Source: Felis catus (lineage: Eukaryota). From it: 64,000 nt of DNA. The notes under the pieces are model-generated. The model was not told the origin of the DNA and made no database searches. It was given only the letters and a program-made list of their open reading frames with translations. The stretch is from positions 106,580,001 to 106,644,000 of the forward strand of contig NC_058368.1 of NCBI RefSeq assembly GCF_018350175.1, in the 5' to 3' direction. Position 1 is the stretch's first letter, and every line of letters starts with the position of its first letter. Below, one piece after another: positions 1-12,000 of this stretch. The position numbers were made by a program, and so were the translations under genes.

Positions 1-430
1 AAGACTTTGCCTTGCAATAGTCATTCAGGGTGTCTGCTAAGGTTCTTTCTAAAAGGGTTCATGGGTTATTTTTATTTTGATGTCTGTTCTGGAGGGCCAG
101 ATCTCCAGGCTTTAGTTGATCCAAGGGCTGGTTAGTTCGACGTTGACCTAGGTTTCCCCTATCATTTGATCAGCTGTGTGTACTATGAGTTACTTACATT
201 ATTTGACCATGTCTTCTTGCAGCCAAAGGTCATAAGTAATGTTGTTGGATTTATAAATTGGCTTTTTCTAACTTAAAAAGAGCTAAGTACCTGCCACATG
301 AGTTGATCTCTTTGTAATTGTAACTATGAACATTGCATTGGACCTGGGAGGCTAAAATATTGAGAAAGGTCCAGGTCAGTATAACCTGAGACTTCTTTAT
401 ACTTGCCAGAAGATCAAGGGTGGTATAGAT

Positions 431-638
431 CTGGAAGTAGGAAATATTTTCTAAAAATGGTCAGGTAATAAGTAATTTAAGCTTGTAGACCCTATGGGCT
501 TTCTTGTAATTACTCTGCTGCTATAGCATTAAATGTGGCCAAAGACATTATAAAATGAATTTATGTTCCAGTAAAACCTTATTTACAAAGCACTTGTAGA
601 CTGGGTATCTCCCATAGGCCATTGTTTGTCAACCCTTG
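431..638 (+). mobile_element. MER58A-like hAT-Charlie DNA transposon (MITE)
   Basis: Matches recalled MER58A motifs (tgttccagtaaaaccttatttacaaa; ggccattgtttgtcaacccttg); 8-bp TSD gtatagat (423-430)/gtatagac (639-646), typical of hAT. Confidence 0.8.
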
Positions 639-688
639 GTATAGACAGTGTTTGAATATTTGAGTGGTGGTGCTTTGTAGAATTTATT

Positions 689-902
689 TATTTATTTTTA
701 AATGTTTATTTATTTATTTTGAGAGAGAGAGAGAGCACACAAGTTGGGGAGGGGTAGAGAGAGGTAGAGAGAGAAACCCAAGCAAGCTCCATACTGTCAG
801 CACAGAGCCTGAGCTGGGGCTCAAATTCACGAACCATGAGATCATGATCTGAGCAGAAGTCAGGAATTGGACACTCAACAGACTGAGTCACCCAGGCACC
901 CC
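689..902 (-). mobile_element. CanSINE (tRNA-Lys-derived carnivore SINE)
   Basis: Reverse-complement head, (GA)n tract, T-rich tail; TSD tgtagaatttatt/tgcagaatttatt. Confidence 0.95.
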
Positions 903-1205
903 TGCAGAATTTATTAATGACAGCAACTCTAAATAAATTCCAGTTTTCCAAGGGAGAAACATGAAACTGAGTTGCCATTCTCACAGTTAGAGCTCTTCAA
1001 GAGGGAAAGGACTGGACTCTTCTTCAATATAACAGACAACAACCAGAGAACATTCATATTCCATTGTAGCAGGTACTAGTATGGAGTTCATTTGAGGGTA
1101 TTTACATGTCTCTTGTGATTTTGAATTTTATCCATGCCCATCTTCTTTTGCTAGAATTGTGTTTTTGACAGGTGAGGTATGCACAAAAGACATACTTTTT
1201 GACTT

Positions 1206-1259
1206 AAAACAAAACAAAACAAAACAAAACAACACACACACACACACACACACACACAC
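1206..1259. repeat. Compound microsatellite (AAAAC)n(AC)n
   Basis: Directly visible. Confidence 0.95.
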
Positions 1260-2639
1260 TCCTTACCAGCTAAAGTGTTGCTTTAAAACAGTGACCAATT
1301 CATTCCTGCTGTGGTGGACAGATCTCACGTAAGATGTTAGCAAGGTTCCAAATGGCCTCCTTTGCCACAATCAGCTTACTGTTCTAAGAGTGTTCGATTC
1401 TTTTAAAGTAGGTTATAGCCAAACCATTTATAATATTTTTACCTGATGTTGAGGTGGAATTGTGGCATCTTATAATAGTTTCTTTTAACTCCACCGAAGA
1501 CTTGGTTTGGGAGGATGTCACAAATCCCTTTGGAAGGATGGCCTGATCAGCATAACAGTGAGCAAGGATGTTTCCCTTAGTCCAAATCAGTCACTTTTGA
1601 CATGCTCTTTTAACTACCTTTATAATAGGAACTTCCTTTGCAGCATTAGGGTGTCTGAAAGCCCCTTGACTTGTCTAGTGTTTTAGGGTTCATTCTGCAG
1701 TTAGGGAGACTCACTATTCCCAAAGAATCTCAATAACATAGACACCCAGAGACCTACCCAGAGTCTGTTAATAAATCAACTTTCTTTCTCTAGCCACTTG
1801 GAAACTTCTAGTGAAGGCAATCACTCTTGTCATTTGAGCAGATTTGTTCTTAATTATGGGATTATATTTTGAGAATGAAATTAAATCTGTCATGGAATAG
1901 CCAGACTAATAATTTCTCATTTCTCCCTTTAGGTGTATCATCAATAGATTTTCCTATGGAGTTTCTAGTAAGAGTGTATATGAGGCATGGACAGTTGTGA
2001 GAGACATGCTAACAGGCTTTGGTTCCTCTCTTTTCCTTTCCCTTTTTGATGAGATAGGTGATGTTTATGCACTACTGTGATGAATAGTAATATAGAAGGG
2101 AGGACATAGAACAGTCATGAAATATAAGCCAGCTTGTGATGAAATAAGTAGTTGTCATTAAGTAGCAAAGTTGATTCATCCAGATGATCATCAGATTCAT
2201 GAAGGATCCCAAAATATGTCAGCAGAAACTTTCATGTGTTATGTGGCAACTTCTATAACCTTGAGGAAGGATGGGTTAGCCTTTGTTAATGGATAAAGAG
2301 AAAGACTATAATTGGCTAGAAGCCTGACCAGAGGGTTTCTGAGTGTTAACGGACAGAAAGGCTTATGGACTTGGGCAAACCTGGAGGAGGGGGCTGCTCG
2401 TTAGAGCTCACTTCAGTTTGCAGAATGCAGCTTCATGTTGGGAACATGAAGAGAGAACATGATTTCACAAAAGGTGGAAGCCCATTGTCTTAAAGAGGTG
2501 GTGAGAACTAGAATTCTCTAGATTTTTTTTTTTTAGTTATTTGCCTAGGGCAGCTTTCAATAATGTATGCTCAATTAGAGGCCTATCTCCCAGAGGCCTT
2601 TCTTGCCTTAAGTAAGGTGACAAACCATAGTTGCTTTTT

Positions 2640-2844
2640 CCTTTTATTTTTTTAAATGTTTGTTTGTTTGTTTATTTATTTATTTATTTTGAGAGAGAGA
2701 GAGAGAGACTGTGAGGGAGGGAGGGTCAGAGAGAGAGGGACTCTGACAGCAGTGAGCCCGATGTAGGGCTCAAACTCATGAACCGCGAGATCATGACATG
2801 AGCTGAAGTCAGATGCTCAACCGACTGAGCCACCCAGGTGCTCC
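2640..2844 (-). mobile_element. CanSINE with internal deletion
   Basis: SINE body lacks the cagaatc..aggctccagg segment seen in other copies; TSD catagttgcttttt/catagttacttttt. Confidence 0.92.
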
Positions 2845-2876
2845 CATAGTTACTTTTTTCTTGTTGCTTATGTTCC

Positions 2877-2879
2877 TGT

Positions 2880-2923
<44 letters not shown>
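2877..2923. repeat. (TG)n microsatellite
   Basis: Directly visible. Confidence 0.95.
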
Positions 2924-2926
<3 letters not shown>

Positions 2927-3918
2927 GAAGGTGAGTTTAGAGTTTGGGAGCTTTTACTGTCTTAATAATTTTGTAACCGGTGATCCACATATGCAATGAT
3001 GGTGGTATTTTGGGGGAATGTGAGATTGTAAAAACTGTGAAAAGTAAGGCAAAGCATCATGAAACCTTTGCACATGACAGTCCCTGCTTTGTCAATGATT
3101 CTCTCAAGTAAAGTTAAGTGTTGATGATCTAAAGGTAAATGGAATCTGAAGAAAGCAGAACCTCAATCCTTAACTATAAAATAGGCTTCAGGCAGAGCTG
3201 AAAAAAAAAATACTGACCAGGGCTACTGCAAGGGATAAGACCTTTGTCTCTTTGCCCTTTCAGAAAGATCTTATCCTGTCTTTTACTTCTGGTTTCATAC
3301 AGTATTTTCCAAGCCTGCATAAATGTTGGGATAAGTCGGTATGAACTTGGTGGGTTTAGCTTCTATAATCTCAGTAGTACAGGTACAATTTTTGGTCCAT
3401 AGGAGTCTGGTATCTTGGAGAGATTTTGAGGCTATGTCTAATGTAAATGCAAAGTTAAATCTGTGTCCAAATTAATTGTGATTGGATTAGGAATAGGGGA
3501 GATCTTTTAAATTTAGGAAGTAGACTTTCTGAGTATCTCTTAATTTGACAATACCAAATTTAAATAATAAATGAACAAATCGATTAGATTTACATAATAA
3601 ATCTCTTCTCAATAAATTGTTTGGTGTGGTATGGCAGAGGAGTAAAACATCTTTTACAAATCAAAGAATGGCACATGTTTAACAAAAAGTTAATAAATGT
3701 TTCAATATTTTAAAAAGCAGCAAATTCCAACTGTTTATTCTCAGATAAAATAACTGTGTGTCCTTAAAAATCATAAACTCTGAGAATTTAAAGCTCTAAA
3801 AGATAGTGGAAATATATTTAACTCTTTTTGTTTTGAATTTTGAAGGAATTTTTTTTTTGAGAATTTTGAAGCAGAAATAACATTCTACTTCACTTTTTAT
3901 CTCCTCCTGACATTTTTT

Positions 3919-4122
3919 AAAATGTTTATTTATTTTTGAGAGAGAAAAAAAGAGAGCATGAGATGGGGAGGGACAGAGAGAGGGAGAGAGAGAATCCCAA
4001 ATAGGCTCTGATTTGTCAGCACAGAGTCCAAGGTGGGGCTCGAACTCACAAACCGTGTGATCATGAGCTAAGTGGAAAGAGTCAAGTCAGATGCTTAACT
4101 AACTGAACCACCCAGGCACCCT
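3919..4122 (-). mobile_element. CanSINE
   Basis: Full body; TSD tcctcctgacatttttt/tcctcccaacatttttt. Confidence 0.93.
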
Positions 4123-4140
4123 TCCTCCCAACATTTTTTT

Positions 4141-4365
4141 AAAGAGTTACTTTTTTTTTTTAATTTTTTAGTGTTTATTTATCAGAGACAACACACACAC
4201 ACAGAGCATGAATGAAGGAGGGGCAGAGAGAGAGGGAGACACAGAATTCAAAGCAGGCTCCAGGCTCTGAGCGGCACAGAGCCTTACCCAGAGCTCAAAC
4301 TCGTGAGCTATGAGATCATGACCTGAGCCTAAGTTGGATGCCTAACTGAGCCACGCAGGCGTCCC
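4141..4365 (-). mobile_element. CanSINE (tandem with previous copy)
   Basis: Full body; flanks cccaacattttt/tccaacattgtt. Confidence 0.93.
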
Positions 4366-4769
4366 TCCAACATTGTTATAGACAGTTTTTGACTCTGTCA
4401 AAAGAGTGGTTCATACAGAAAAAAAATTCAATAAATAGTATAAATTTATTGATACCTAGACCTCACAAGATGATTAAGTTTCTGTTTAAATTCCTGTCCT
4501 TGAGTAAAACTGTTATCATTCTCCAGTTTAAAATTATTTTCCACTTTTTTACATTGCATCCAGAATAATTTTCAAATCACATAGCTTTGGTTACATGTTC
4601 ATTCACAATACGGCGTGCAGCTATCTCTTTAGTCACTACACCCAGGTATTCCATATTATTGTCCAAATGCAAATCTAATCATTCACCCAATAAGTTCTAG
4701 TCGGTTGAATATTTACCCTATTCATAAGGTGAGTTAAGGAAGGAAATTTTCAAAATCATCTTGGCAAGT

Positions 4770-4813
4770 ATTCTCATACTTACAGTAAAAAATTCTCATT
4801 CTTACAGTAAAAA
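4770..4813. repeat. 22-bp tandem duplication
   Basis: attctcatacttacagtaaaaa / attctcattcttacagtaaaaa (1 mismatch). Confidence 0.9.
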
Positions 4814-4899
4814 ATTTCCTACATATTTAATTTTAAGTATATGTTGTTCATGTATGTCTATATTGTTCCCTAAATATTAAAATACATGGCCCAAATCTC

Positions 4900-5600
4900 C
4901 AATTATGTAATTTATTGGAAGATCTGAGTTAGGTACTCTTGGAACTTTTCTTCTTCAAACTAAATAAATCATTTAATCATATCATTTATCTTCCTTTGTT
5001 TAGCCCTTTGAATCATTATTGTACTTTTCTCTATACTCTTTCCAAGTTCCCCACACACAGAAAATGGTATAAAGTATTATATAAAATTGTTTATAGTCTT
5101 TGTCATGGATTCATTATAAGGTTTAGTCTAACAAAGAGATGATGCAGTCTATCCTCCTGTTTATGTATTTGCATTTTAACGGTGGCAGTTTGTGACTGAT
5201 TCATGGCCACTGATGAGTCATTTTCTTGACTAATTATGGTAGGTCTGTTTGTGATCTGAACATCAAAACTGTGTGATGGATAGCTGGAGTCTATAGCTCA
5301 AGACAAGAGCAGATGTTAAGACTTTGTATTCAGTCTATTAAAAGAGGTAATTAATTAGTCATTTATGCTGTCTTTGTAGAGCAATCTGGCAACAAATATT
5401 GCCTTATAATAAAAGTTGAACTTTCAGTTCCACTGAAAAATGTTAGTGTTTTTCCTTATCCATTTTCACATTGGAAAATGATTGACAACAGTTGTCTTTC
5501 ATAATCATTTAATTTTCAATCAGGTTTTCCATCAAGTGAAATTTGGACTCTCAAAGTGCAGAGACTTGCATTTTGATACAATGAACATGTGATCCAGGTC
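4900..5600 (-). mobile_element. Degraded CR1/L3 LINE fragments
   Basis: Minus-strand KCKSLHFESPN (~5540-5575) resembles the CR1 RT C-terminal KCKVLHLGxxN motif; 4940-5060 resembles the L3 3' region. Confidence 0.4.
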
Positions 5601-5713
5601 ATGATATATTGCCTGGTTATTTCCTGTTTGAGTAGCTGTTACCTCCTCTGCCACTGATACCTCATGTCTATACTCTCTACGTATATGTTCCGAATGATTG
5701 TTGAGTCTGAAAA

Positions 5714-5727
5714 AGTCACGTGACTCA
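5714..5727. promoter_or_regulatory. Palindromic E-box/CLEAR motif (AGTCACGTGACT) overlapping an AP-1 site (TGACTCA)
   Basis: Exact motif matches; function not shown. Confidence 0.35.
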
Positions 5728-6177
5728 CGTAGGTCTAACCTGTCTCTTCCATAGCTCCCACACCTATCAGCATAGTGAGCTCCATGTTCCCTCAATTCAT
5801 GAGCCTAAGCTTCCTTGATGTTGTTGTACTCCTCAGGGGCCATCAATTCAGATACCTGACTTTGTCTTGAGTGTCCTCTTCTGAGAAAGAATGGGGTTTT
5901 TACTCCATCTTGTAAGAATCGTGGAGTTGGTAGATGATCTGTATTCAAGAACCAGGAAGACCATGAATATAATTGATGGTGTTGTCTGAGTTACTTGATC
6001 CTTCTAGAATGAATGGTTTTCCTTATCAGCGGCCTGGAAATAAGGGTAAATATCCCTATCACAGAAGTGTTATGTGGTTTTTTTAGACACAATATACATC
6101 AAAAAGTTTTTCTCTCTCTGATTTTAATTTAAAATCTTAAGCAAGTATAAAATGGTATAATTATTTTACTTCATCTT

Positions 6178-6394
6178 TTAAAAAAATTTTTTTAATGTTC
6201 ATTTATTTTTGAGATAGGGAGATACATAGCAGGAACAGGGGAGGGTCAGAGAAAGGGAGACACAGAATCCGAAGCAGACTCCAGGCTCCGAGCTGTCAGC
6301 ACAGAGCCCAACACGGGGCTCGAACTCACAGACTGTGAGATCATGACCTGAGCTGAAGTTGGATGCTTAATTGACTGAGCCACCCAGGCGCCCC
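6178..6394 (-). mobile_element. CanSINE
   Basis: Full body; degenerate TSD tttacttcatctt/tttatttgatctt. Confidence 0.95.
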
Positions 6395-6768
6395 TTTATT
6401 TGATCTTCAATATGTATCCTCTACTGGTTATTCTTTTCCAGAATCCACTTGCAGCGCTCTGCATTTAAGAGCTAGAAGAATGGTAGGCTAGAAAGGAGAT
6501 GATTGCTGTTACCAGCCATATAGCTGGCCTCCCTTTAGCAGTTTAGCAATTTGGGTTTCCTCATAGTAAGAACCTACATAGTATTAACAGATTAAAATGA
6601 AACAATCCTGAGACTCTATGCATAACAGATTAAATTTCTAGATATTTGCTGTTCTGTTTATAGAATTTATTATTGACATCAGTACTTGAGTGGATAGAGA
6701 TTTGTGTGAGTCATGACCATCAAGCATCTATCTATCAAAGATGATAGTGCTTGAAGAATATTAGAGCT

Positions 6769-6887
6769 ACACTTGTGAACACAGCATAATGTATAAACTT
6801 GTCAAGTCACTAAGTTGTACACCTGAAACCAATGTACCATTATGTGTCAACTATCCTCAAATAAAAAAAAATACAAAAGGTAAAAAA
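6769..6887 (+). mobile_element. Short L1 3' end (carnivore L1_Carn-like) with poly(A)
   Basis: tgtacacctgaaaccaatgta...gtcaactat..caaataaaaaaa; flanks aagaatattag/aagagtattag. Confidence 0.75.
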
Positions 6888-7029
6888 AGAGTATTAGTAC
6901 CCAGTTTTCCTAACCTTTGACTAACTTCGTAAGAAATCAGATTTTCCCCCGTATGGCCTATATGCTTGCTGAATATATATTCCCTGTTTCTTGACTATTC
7001 TCCAAATCTCTGTATTGTTAGGAGCAGCA

Positions 7030-7440
7030 TGTCCCCATCTCCAAAATTACATTTTTTAATCTCCCTTGCTTATGAGGTTGCTAGTGTGATATGTGAGAGG
7101 AATTTATTGAGTGAACGTAGGGGAAAAATCTTTAAGAGCTCTGGGACAGGCAAGGGCTATTTTGCTTTGCTCTTTTTCTTTATCTTCTTATCTGGAATGC
7201 AGTCATGATTATGGCAGCCCAGTAACCATCTTGTGATCGCGTGATGAATGGGAAGATAGAAGGTGCGCATTAACGATCGTAGAGTAGAAAGATAGCGGGA
7301 GACTGGCCCTTGACCACTTTATAGAGCCACCATCCCAGCTCATGTTATATGAGAGAAAAAGAATCTGAAATCATTGTAAAAGCCGCTGTTATATTCTGAA
7401 GTCTCTGCTACAAGCAGCTCAATGTAACTCTTTGTATTCA
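7030..7440 (+). mobile_element. Old ERVL-class solo LTR (LTR33/LTR16-like)
   Basis: ccatcttgtgat..., tgttatatgagagaaaa...aagccgctgtt...ctgctacaagcagc 3' architecture. Confidence 0.5.
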
Positions 7441-8597
7441 TTCCCTTTCATAGATAGGCATATTAAAAATTATTTCTGATTTCCCCATAATCTGAAAACA
7501 AATGACAGCAAGAAGCATACCACTGTATGTATGCGTCTGCTAGTGCACATGCAAGCAAATGGACCCATGATCGAACAGTGAAGAAGCCGGACAATGTTTG
7601 TATTTTCACGATGACATACTCAGGCATTCACAGATTTTGATTACAACCGTTGCTATAGAATGATTTTCTTTCAAAATTTAAATGGATTCACTTCAAAAGC
7701 AAAGAAAAAAAAAGAATCTTAAAAAAAAAAATTCGCCGCTGGAGATTGACGCTGGAAAATGTTAGAACAATGGGCAAAGTACAACTGAGAGCCTTCCAAT
7801 AACTGCCAGGTCCCAAGTGTTCCAGAAGATTAGCACTGTCACAAGCTTAATTATGATAGATGGTGATTAGGCATTATCTTTGGCTGTTTTCTCTGGCTTT
7901 ATTTTTCTGATAGGTCTGTCTTAAATAAACCCAAATTGGAATGAAAAAAAAATAAAGAGAAAAAGAAAATCTGCCATTTTAACACAATTTTTAAAAAGAA
8001 GTCAGCCAAAATCACAAGTCAGCTCATATGTATTTAGCTTCAACACAGAAAACAATGCCTTTGGAAATTAATCAAGTTTCTGAAAAAACAAACAAAAAAT
8101 ACACGCAAAACCCCACAAAAATAGTGTTATGCCTTTCAGACTCATTTCTAAGTAGAAGTTATGATTCTCTTTCAGGGATAAGAAAGCTTTAAATGTGAAA
8201 GTATGCAAAATCATAAACTTCTGGGAAGAAAGAGCAGTGTGGGGGGAATGAGAGAGACTTAGCAGCACATATATATGCATGTAAAACAATGTGTATATAA
8301 ATGTGTTTGGGAGAAGGGTACCACAATGATCACTGATTATTTGCAGTTGTCAAAATAAAAACTTACATCATTTTCTTACTCATATTTTCTTGTACTTTCC
8401 AGTATAATGAACATGAATCTGTTCTGTAATAAGAATATAAAATTATTAAAGAGATATATTGAATAAAATGGCATTAAAATCTGCCACTTTTACATACATG
8501 ATTTTCTTACTGTAATAACTGCATCTTTATTCTTATTCTCAGAGAAAAAATACAGAGTATCTAGTCATCATCCTATATTGTAGTCCTTCATTTACAT

Positions 8598-9109
8598 TGT
8601 GGTGGTTTTAAAGCTATGAATGCTTTAATACTCCTTACTTCTAGAGCTAATGCTTAATTCTAATATCTGTGAGTATATGCTAGATACAGTGTCTCACTTC
8701 TAGCAAGTAGAATGTGCCAGAAATGATGTCACTTCCATGTTCAGGTTTAAAAAAAATAGTGCCTCTCTTTCTGTCTCTGGTCACTCACCATGGGGTAAAC
8801 AGTCTGCCATGTTGTTAGCAGTGTCGTGGAGAAACCCATATGACAAGGACCTAAGACCCTTGGTCCAACAGCCTATGAGGAACCTCTGGCAGTACCAGGG
8901 GATAAGCTTGGAAATGGATCCTTCTGTGCCACAGAAGGCATCCTTGAGATGACATCTTGACAGCAACCTGTTGAGAGACCCTGAGTCCTAACCACTGCGC
9001 TAATCTATACTGTGATCCCTTACCTTCAAATATTGTCAGATTAATGTTTGCCATGTTAGGCTTCTGAATCTTGAAAAAAGTTGTCACATAACAATGGATA
9101 GCTAATGCA
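8598..9109 (+). mobile_element. MaLR solo LTR (MLT1F-like)
   Basis: TG..CA termini (tgtggtggttt...gatagctaatgca), MLT1F-like core (ctgccatgttgt, cttggaaatggatc, gagagaccctgag); 5-bp TSD tacat/tacct. Confidence 0.75.
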
Positions 9110-9944
9110 TACCTATGTGAGGATTATCCAAAAGTATTCTTGGAATTCTCGGAAAGCGTGAAACTCCCCAATCTCTACTACCTCCAAAAATATATGTTAT
9201 CCAAAATATGGGTAAATAACAGAAAGCTAAGTAACACAGAGCAGCTATGAAATGAAGGAAGGGGTTCAATGGCACTCCATACTCCCCTTCAGAAATTGAT
9301 GGACTTTATACTTCAGCCACAGCTTTTATTCTCGATTTTCTGTCCTCAAAACATCAAGTAGGAATAAAGGGAGACAGTGAGTGGACGTAAATTTGAGAAA
9401 AATTCTCTAACTCCTACCATAGGTGTCATCACAGACTGGGAGAAGTGAGCAACAGTGATAGGTTTTTGAGAGAGTTTTTAAAGGAGTATGACTTGCACTC
9501 TGTCCTTTGAATTTATACCGCACTTGAAGTCTAGTATTGCAGGGAGTGTGGCTGCGGTCGCAAAAGATGAGTCCACAAACAAAGTGCAGTTAAGTGAAGG
9601 TCCTCATACTCGAGTCAGAATGAGGCCCGACTCCAAGAATGAAGCTTCTTTTTATTAGAATAATTGCTAAAGACTACGGGCATAAAGTCAGCTAAGCAAG
9701 TGTGTTAATCAATCTAAGGGTTTAGCTTTTCAAGGTTGAATTTTGAGTTAATTGGTTTCTATAACATTAGGAAGGGTCAGGTGGGAAGGAGGAGCCAGCC
9801 GGCAGCCGCGTTCAGCTGTGTAAACATGTCCTAAGGCCTTGCACCTTCTCCGGCCCTTCCCTTTTGAAGTCTTTTCTTTTGATGCTTCTCTACTGCATCT
9901 CCCACAGTCTAGAGTTAACAATATCTCTATCCTCCTCCAGACTT

Positions 9945-10337
9945 TAATGATTTCTGAGTTTACGGTCCATATGGAAATACACAAGGACTTTGTTAAAAAG
10001 CATATTTTTTGGGCACCTGAGTGGCTCAGTCAGTTCAGCGTCCACCTCTTGGTTTCAGCTCAGGTCATGATCTCAACAGTTTGCGAGACTATGCTTCCTG
10101 TCCGGCTCTGCACTGACAACAACACAGAGCCTGCTTGGTTTTCTCTCTCACTCTCTCTCTCTCTGCCCCTTCCCTATTCATGTGGGCACTTTCTCTTTCT
10201 CTCTCTCTCAAAATAAATATACTTTTTAAAAAAGTAGATTTTGGTTCAGTAGGTCTAGAGAGGACCAAAGAGTCTACATTCTAATAAACTCAGCTAAATG
10301 CGATGCTTCTGTTCTGTGAAACACCCTCTATGTAGCA
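9945..10337. mobile_element. MER5A-like hAT MITE split by a SINE
   Basis: ggactttgttaaaa [SINE] ttggttcagtaggtctagag..tctacattctaataaactc..gatgcttctgttc matches recalled MER5A. Confidence 0.55.
10010..10228 (+). mobile_element. CanSINE
   Basis: Head gggcacctgagtggctcagtc, CT tract, A tail; TSD aaaaagcatatttt/aaaaagtagatttt. Confidence 0.93.
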
Positions 10338-10739
10338 AGTTCTTAGACCCTCATAACTTCTTCATTCTTCTCTACGATTCATATTCCCAACCTATTATTA
10401 CTGTATATTTATTTGATTTTTCTCTTTTTAAATCACTCTTATTATTGTTTGGCAAGATTTACTTATAGTTTTCCATTATGTCTGTTCTTTACTCCTTGCA
10501 TTTCACACCTGACCTTCAGGGTCATTTTTTTTTTTTTCTACTTGATATGATGATCTACTAGTAACAAACTTCTCGTTTAAGTATATTAGAAAACACTGTG
10601 TTTTGCCTTTATTCTTCAAGTTTGGTGTGTATCTTTAAAAAATAACAATATTTTCCTATGTATCCCAAGTAATATTACCTCATTTAAAGTAACAGTGTCT
10701 TAAAAAGTAAAAGTGTCTTAATATGCTATGTTACCATTT

Positions 10740-10953
10740 AAAAACTTTTTTAATGTTTATTTATTTTTGAGAGACAGAGAGAGAAGAGAGAGCATGAGCA
10801 GGGGAGGGGCAGAGAGAGAGACAGAATCCGAAGCAGGGTCTAGGATCTGAGCTTTCAGCACAGAGCCTGGTGCAAGGCTTGGACTCATGAGCCATGAGAT
10901 CCTGACCCAGGCCGAAGTCGGTGGCTTAACTGACTGCACCACCTCGATGCCCC
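10740..10953 (-). mobile_element. CanSINE
   Basis: Full body; TSD tatgttaccattt/tatattatcattt. Confidence 0.93.
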
Positions 10954-11624
10954 TATATTATCATTTTTTCAATTAAAAATTTCCCTATTGTCCCAAGATA
11001 TCCAAAACAAGAGAAACCCCAACACCACGGATTTAATTTGCTTCTTATTTCTTTTGAAAAAGGACTATCGTACACTGAAGGGTTTTCCCATGTAGGCAGA
11101 AGTAATCTTTAGTTTATGACATGGTGTTGTACATATTTCTGGTTCCCATAAGCATTCATCTTACATTTATAACACCAGTTGATTAATTGGTGCCAGAATG
11201 TATACTGTCATCAAGATTTGTAAAAATTATTCCTCCTCATTCTTTCATAGAATTTTCTACTTTCCCTTGTTTAATGGGGCTACATAGAACCCTAAACTAC
11301 CGTTGCTATTTCAACAAAGAGTAAATTCTTAATTATTGCTCTTCAATGAACAAATGTCAAAGGAAAAAGTTTATCAGCAATTTCTTTGAATAGAGACTTG
11401 ACATTTATCTTTTGTTAATTATCACCATGGGCCCAAGAATTTGCATAGACTGTGTTTCAATCATTTGCAGTCATTATTCAGTATTAAAGCACAAATTCTC
11501 ACAAATTTGGCTAGATGGAGTACTTGTAAGTTTGCACCTGTCATAGTGAATTTACTCCCACATCGATCCTCGTAAACATAAACCACCAATACCTAGCATT
11601 CAAATCGAAGCTCATCGTGAATGT

Positions 11625-12000
11625 TTATTCATTTACTCATTGATTCATTTAACAAATATTTTTTAAGCCTTGGTTTTTTTCCAGAAAGTTCACAACTTCT
11701 CGAGGATACAGCTGAGCTCAAATCTATATACTCTTTCCCCTTAGACCTTATGCTGTGGTAGTGAAGAATCCTTACTCAAAATACTTCATTAATAAATTTA
11801 AAATGATCAAAAAATAAAAATAAATAAAATAAAACAAAATGATCACTCTGATAGGTGTTTTGCAGGAAGGAATACCCCTATGGGAAACTAATTGCCCTGG
11901 TCACAGACTGTAGCAAAAGCATCCTTGAGAAAGTGGTACTCCATCTGAGAATGGAAAAATGAATGGGACTTCAATAGATGAAGCTGTGGAAGAAGTGAGG
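11625..12000 (-). mobile_element. L2 LINE 3' fragment
   Basis: ttcatttaacaaatattt L2 tail signature followed by L2-like 3' region. Confidence 0.5.

Larger units (their letters stand above)
1..3770 (-). mobile_element. Ancient class I (ERV1) endogenous retrovirus internal region, degraded pro-pol (PR-RT-RNaseH-IN); runs off window start
   Basis: Minus-strand motifs in retroviral order: protease C-term LLLCHTTPNNLLRRDLLCK (3589-3645, cf. NLLGRDLL); RT TVMCKGF (3061-3081, cf. WTVMPQGF) and IIAYVDH (2980-3000, cf. YVDD); RNase H SAQMTRVIAFTRSFQVA (1792-1842, cf. SAQxAELIALTRA); integrase core QMNSILVPATMEYECSLVVVC (~1029-1097, cf. QMDFIQLP..GYEYVLVIVC); IN C-term LKPGDL (98-115). Many stops and frameshifts; interrupted by MER58A, 2 SINEs and microsatellites. 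Confidence 0.85.

Noticed and set aside
5210..5245. Hammerhead-like CTGATGA-GTCA-loop-TGAC
   Set aside because: Followed by TAAT rather than the invariant GAAA; no stems I/III or cleavage triplet found
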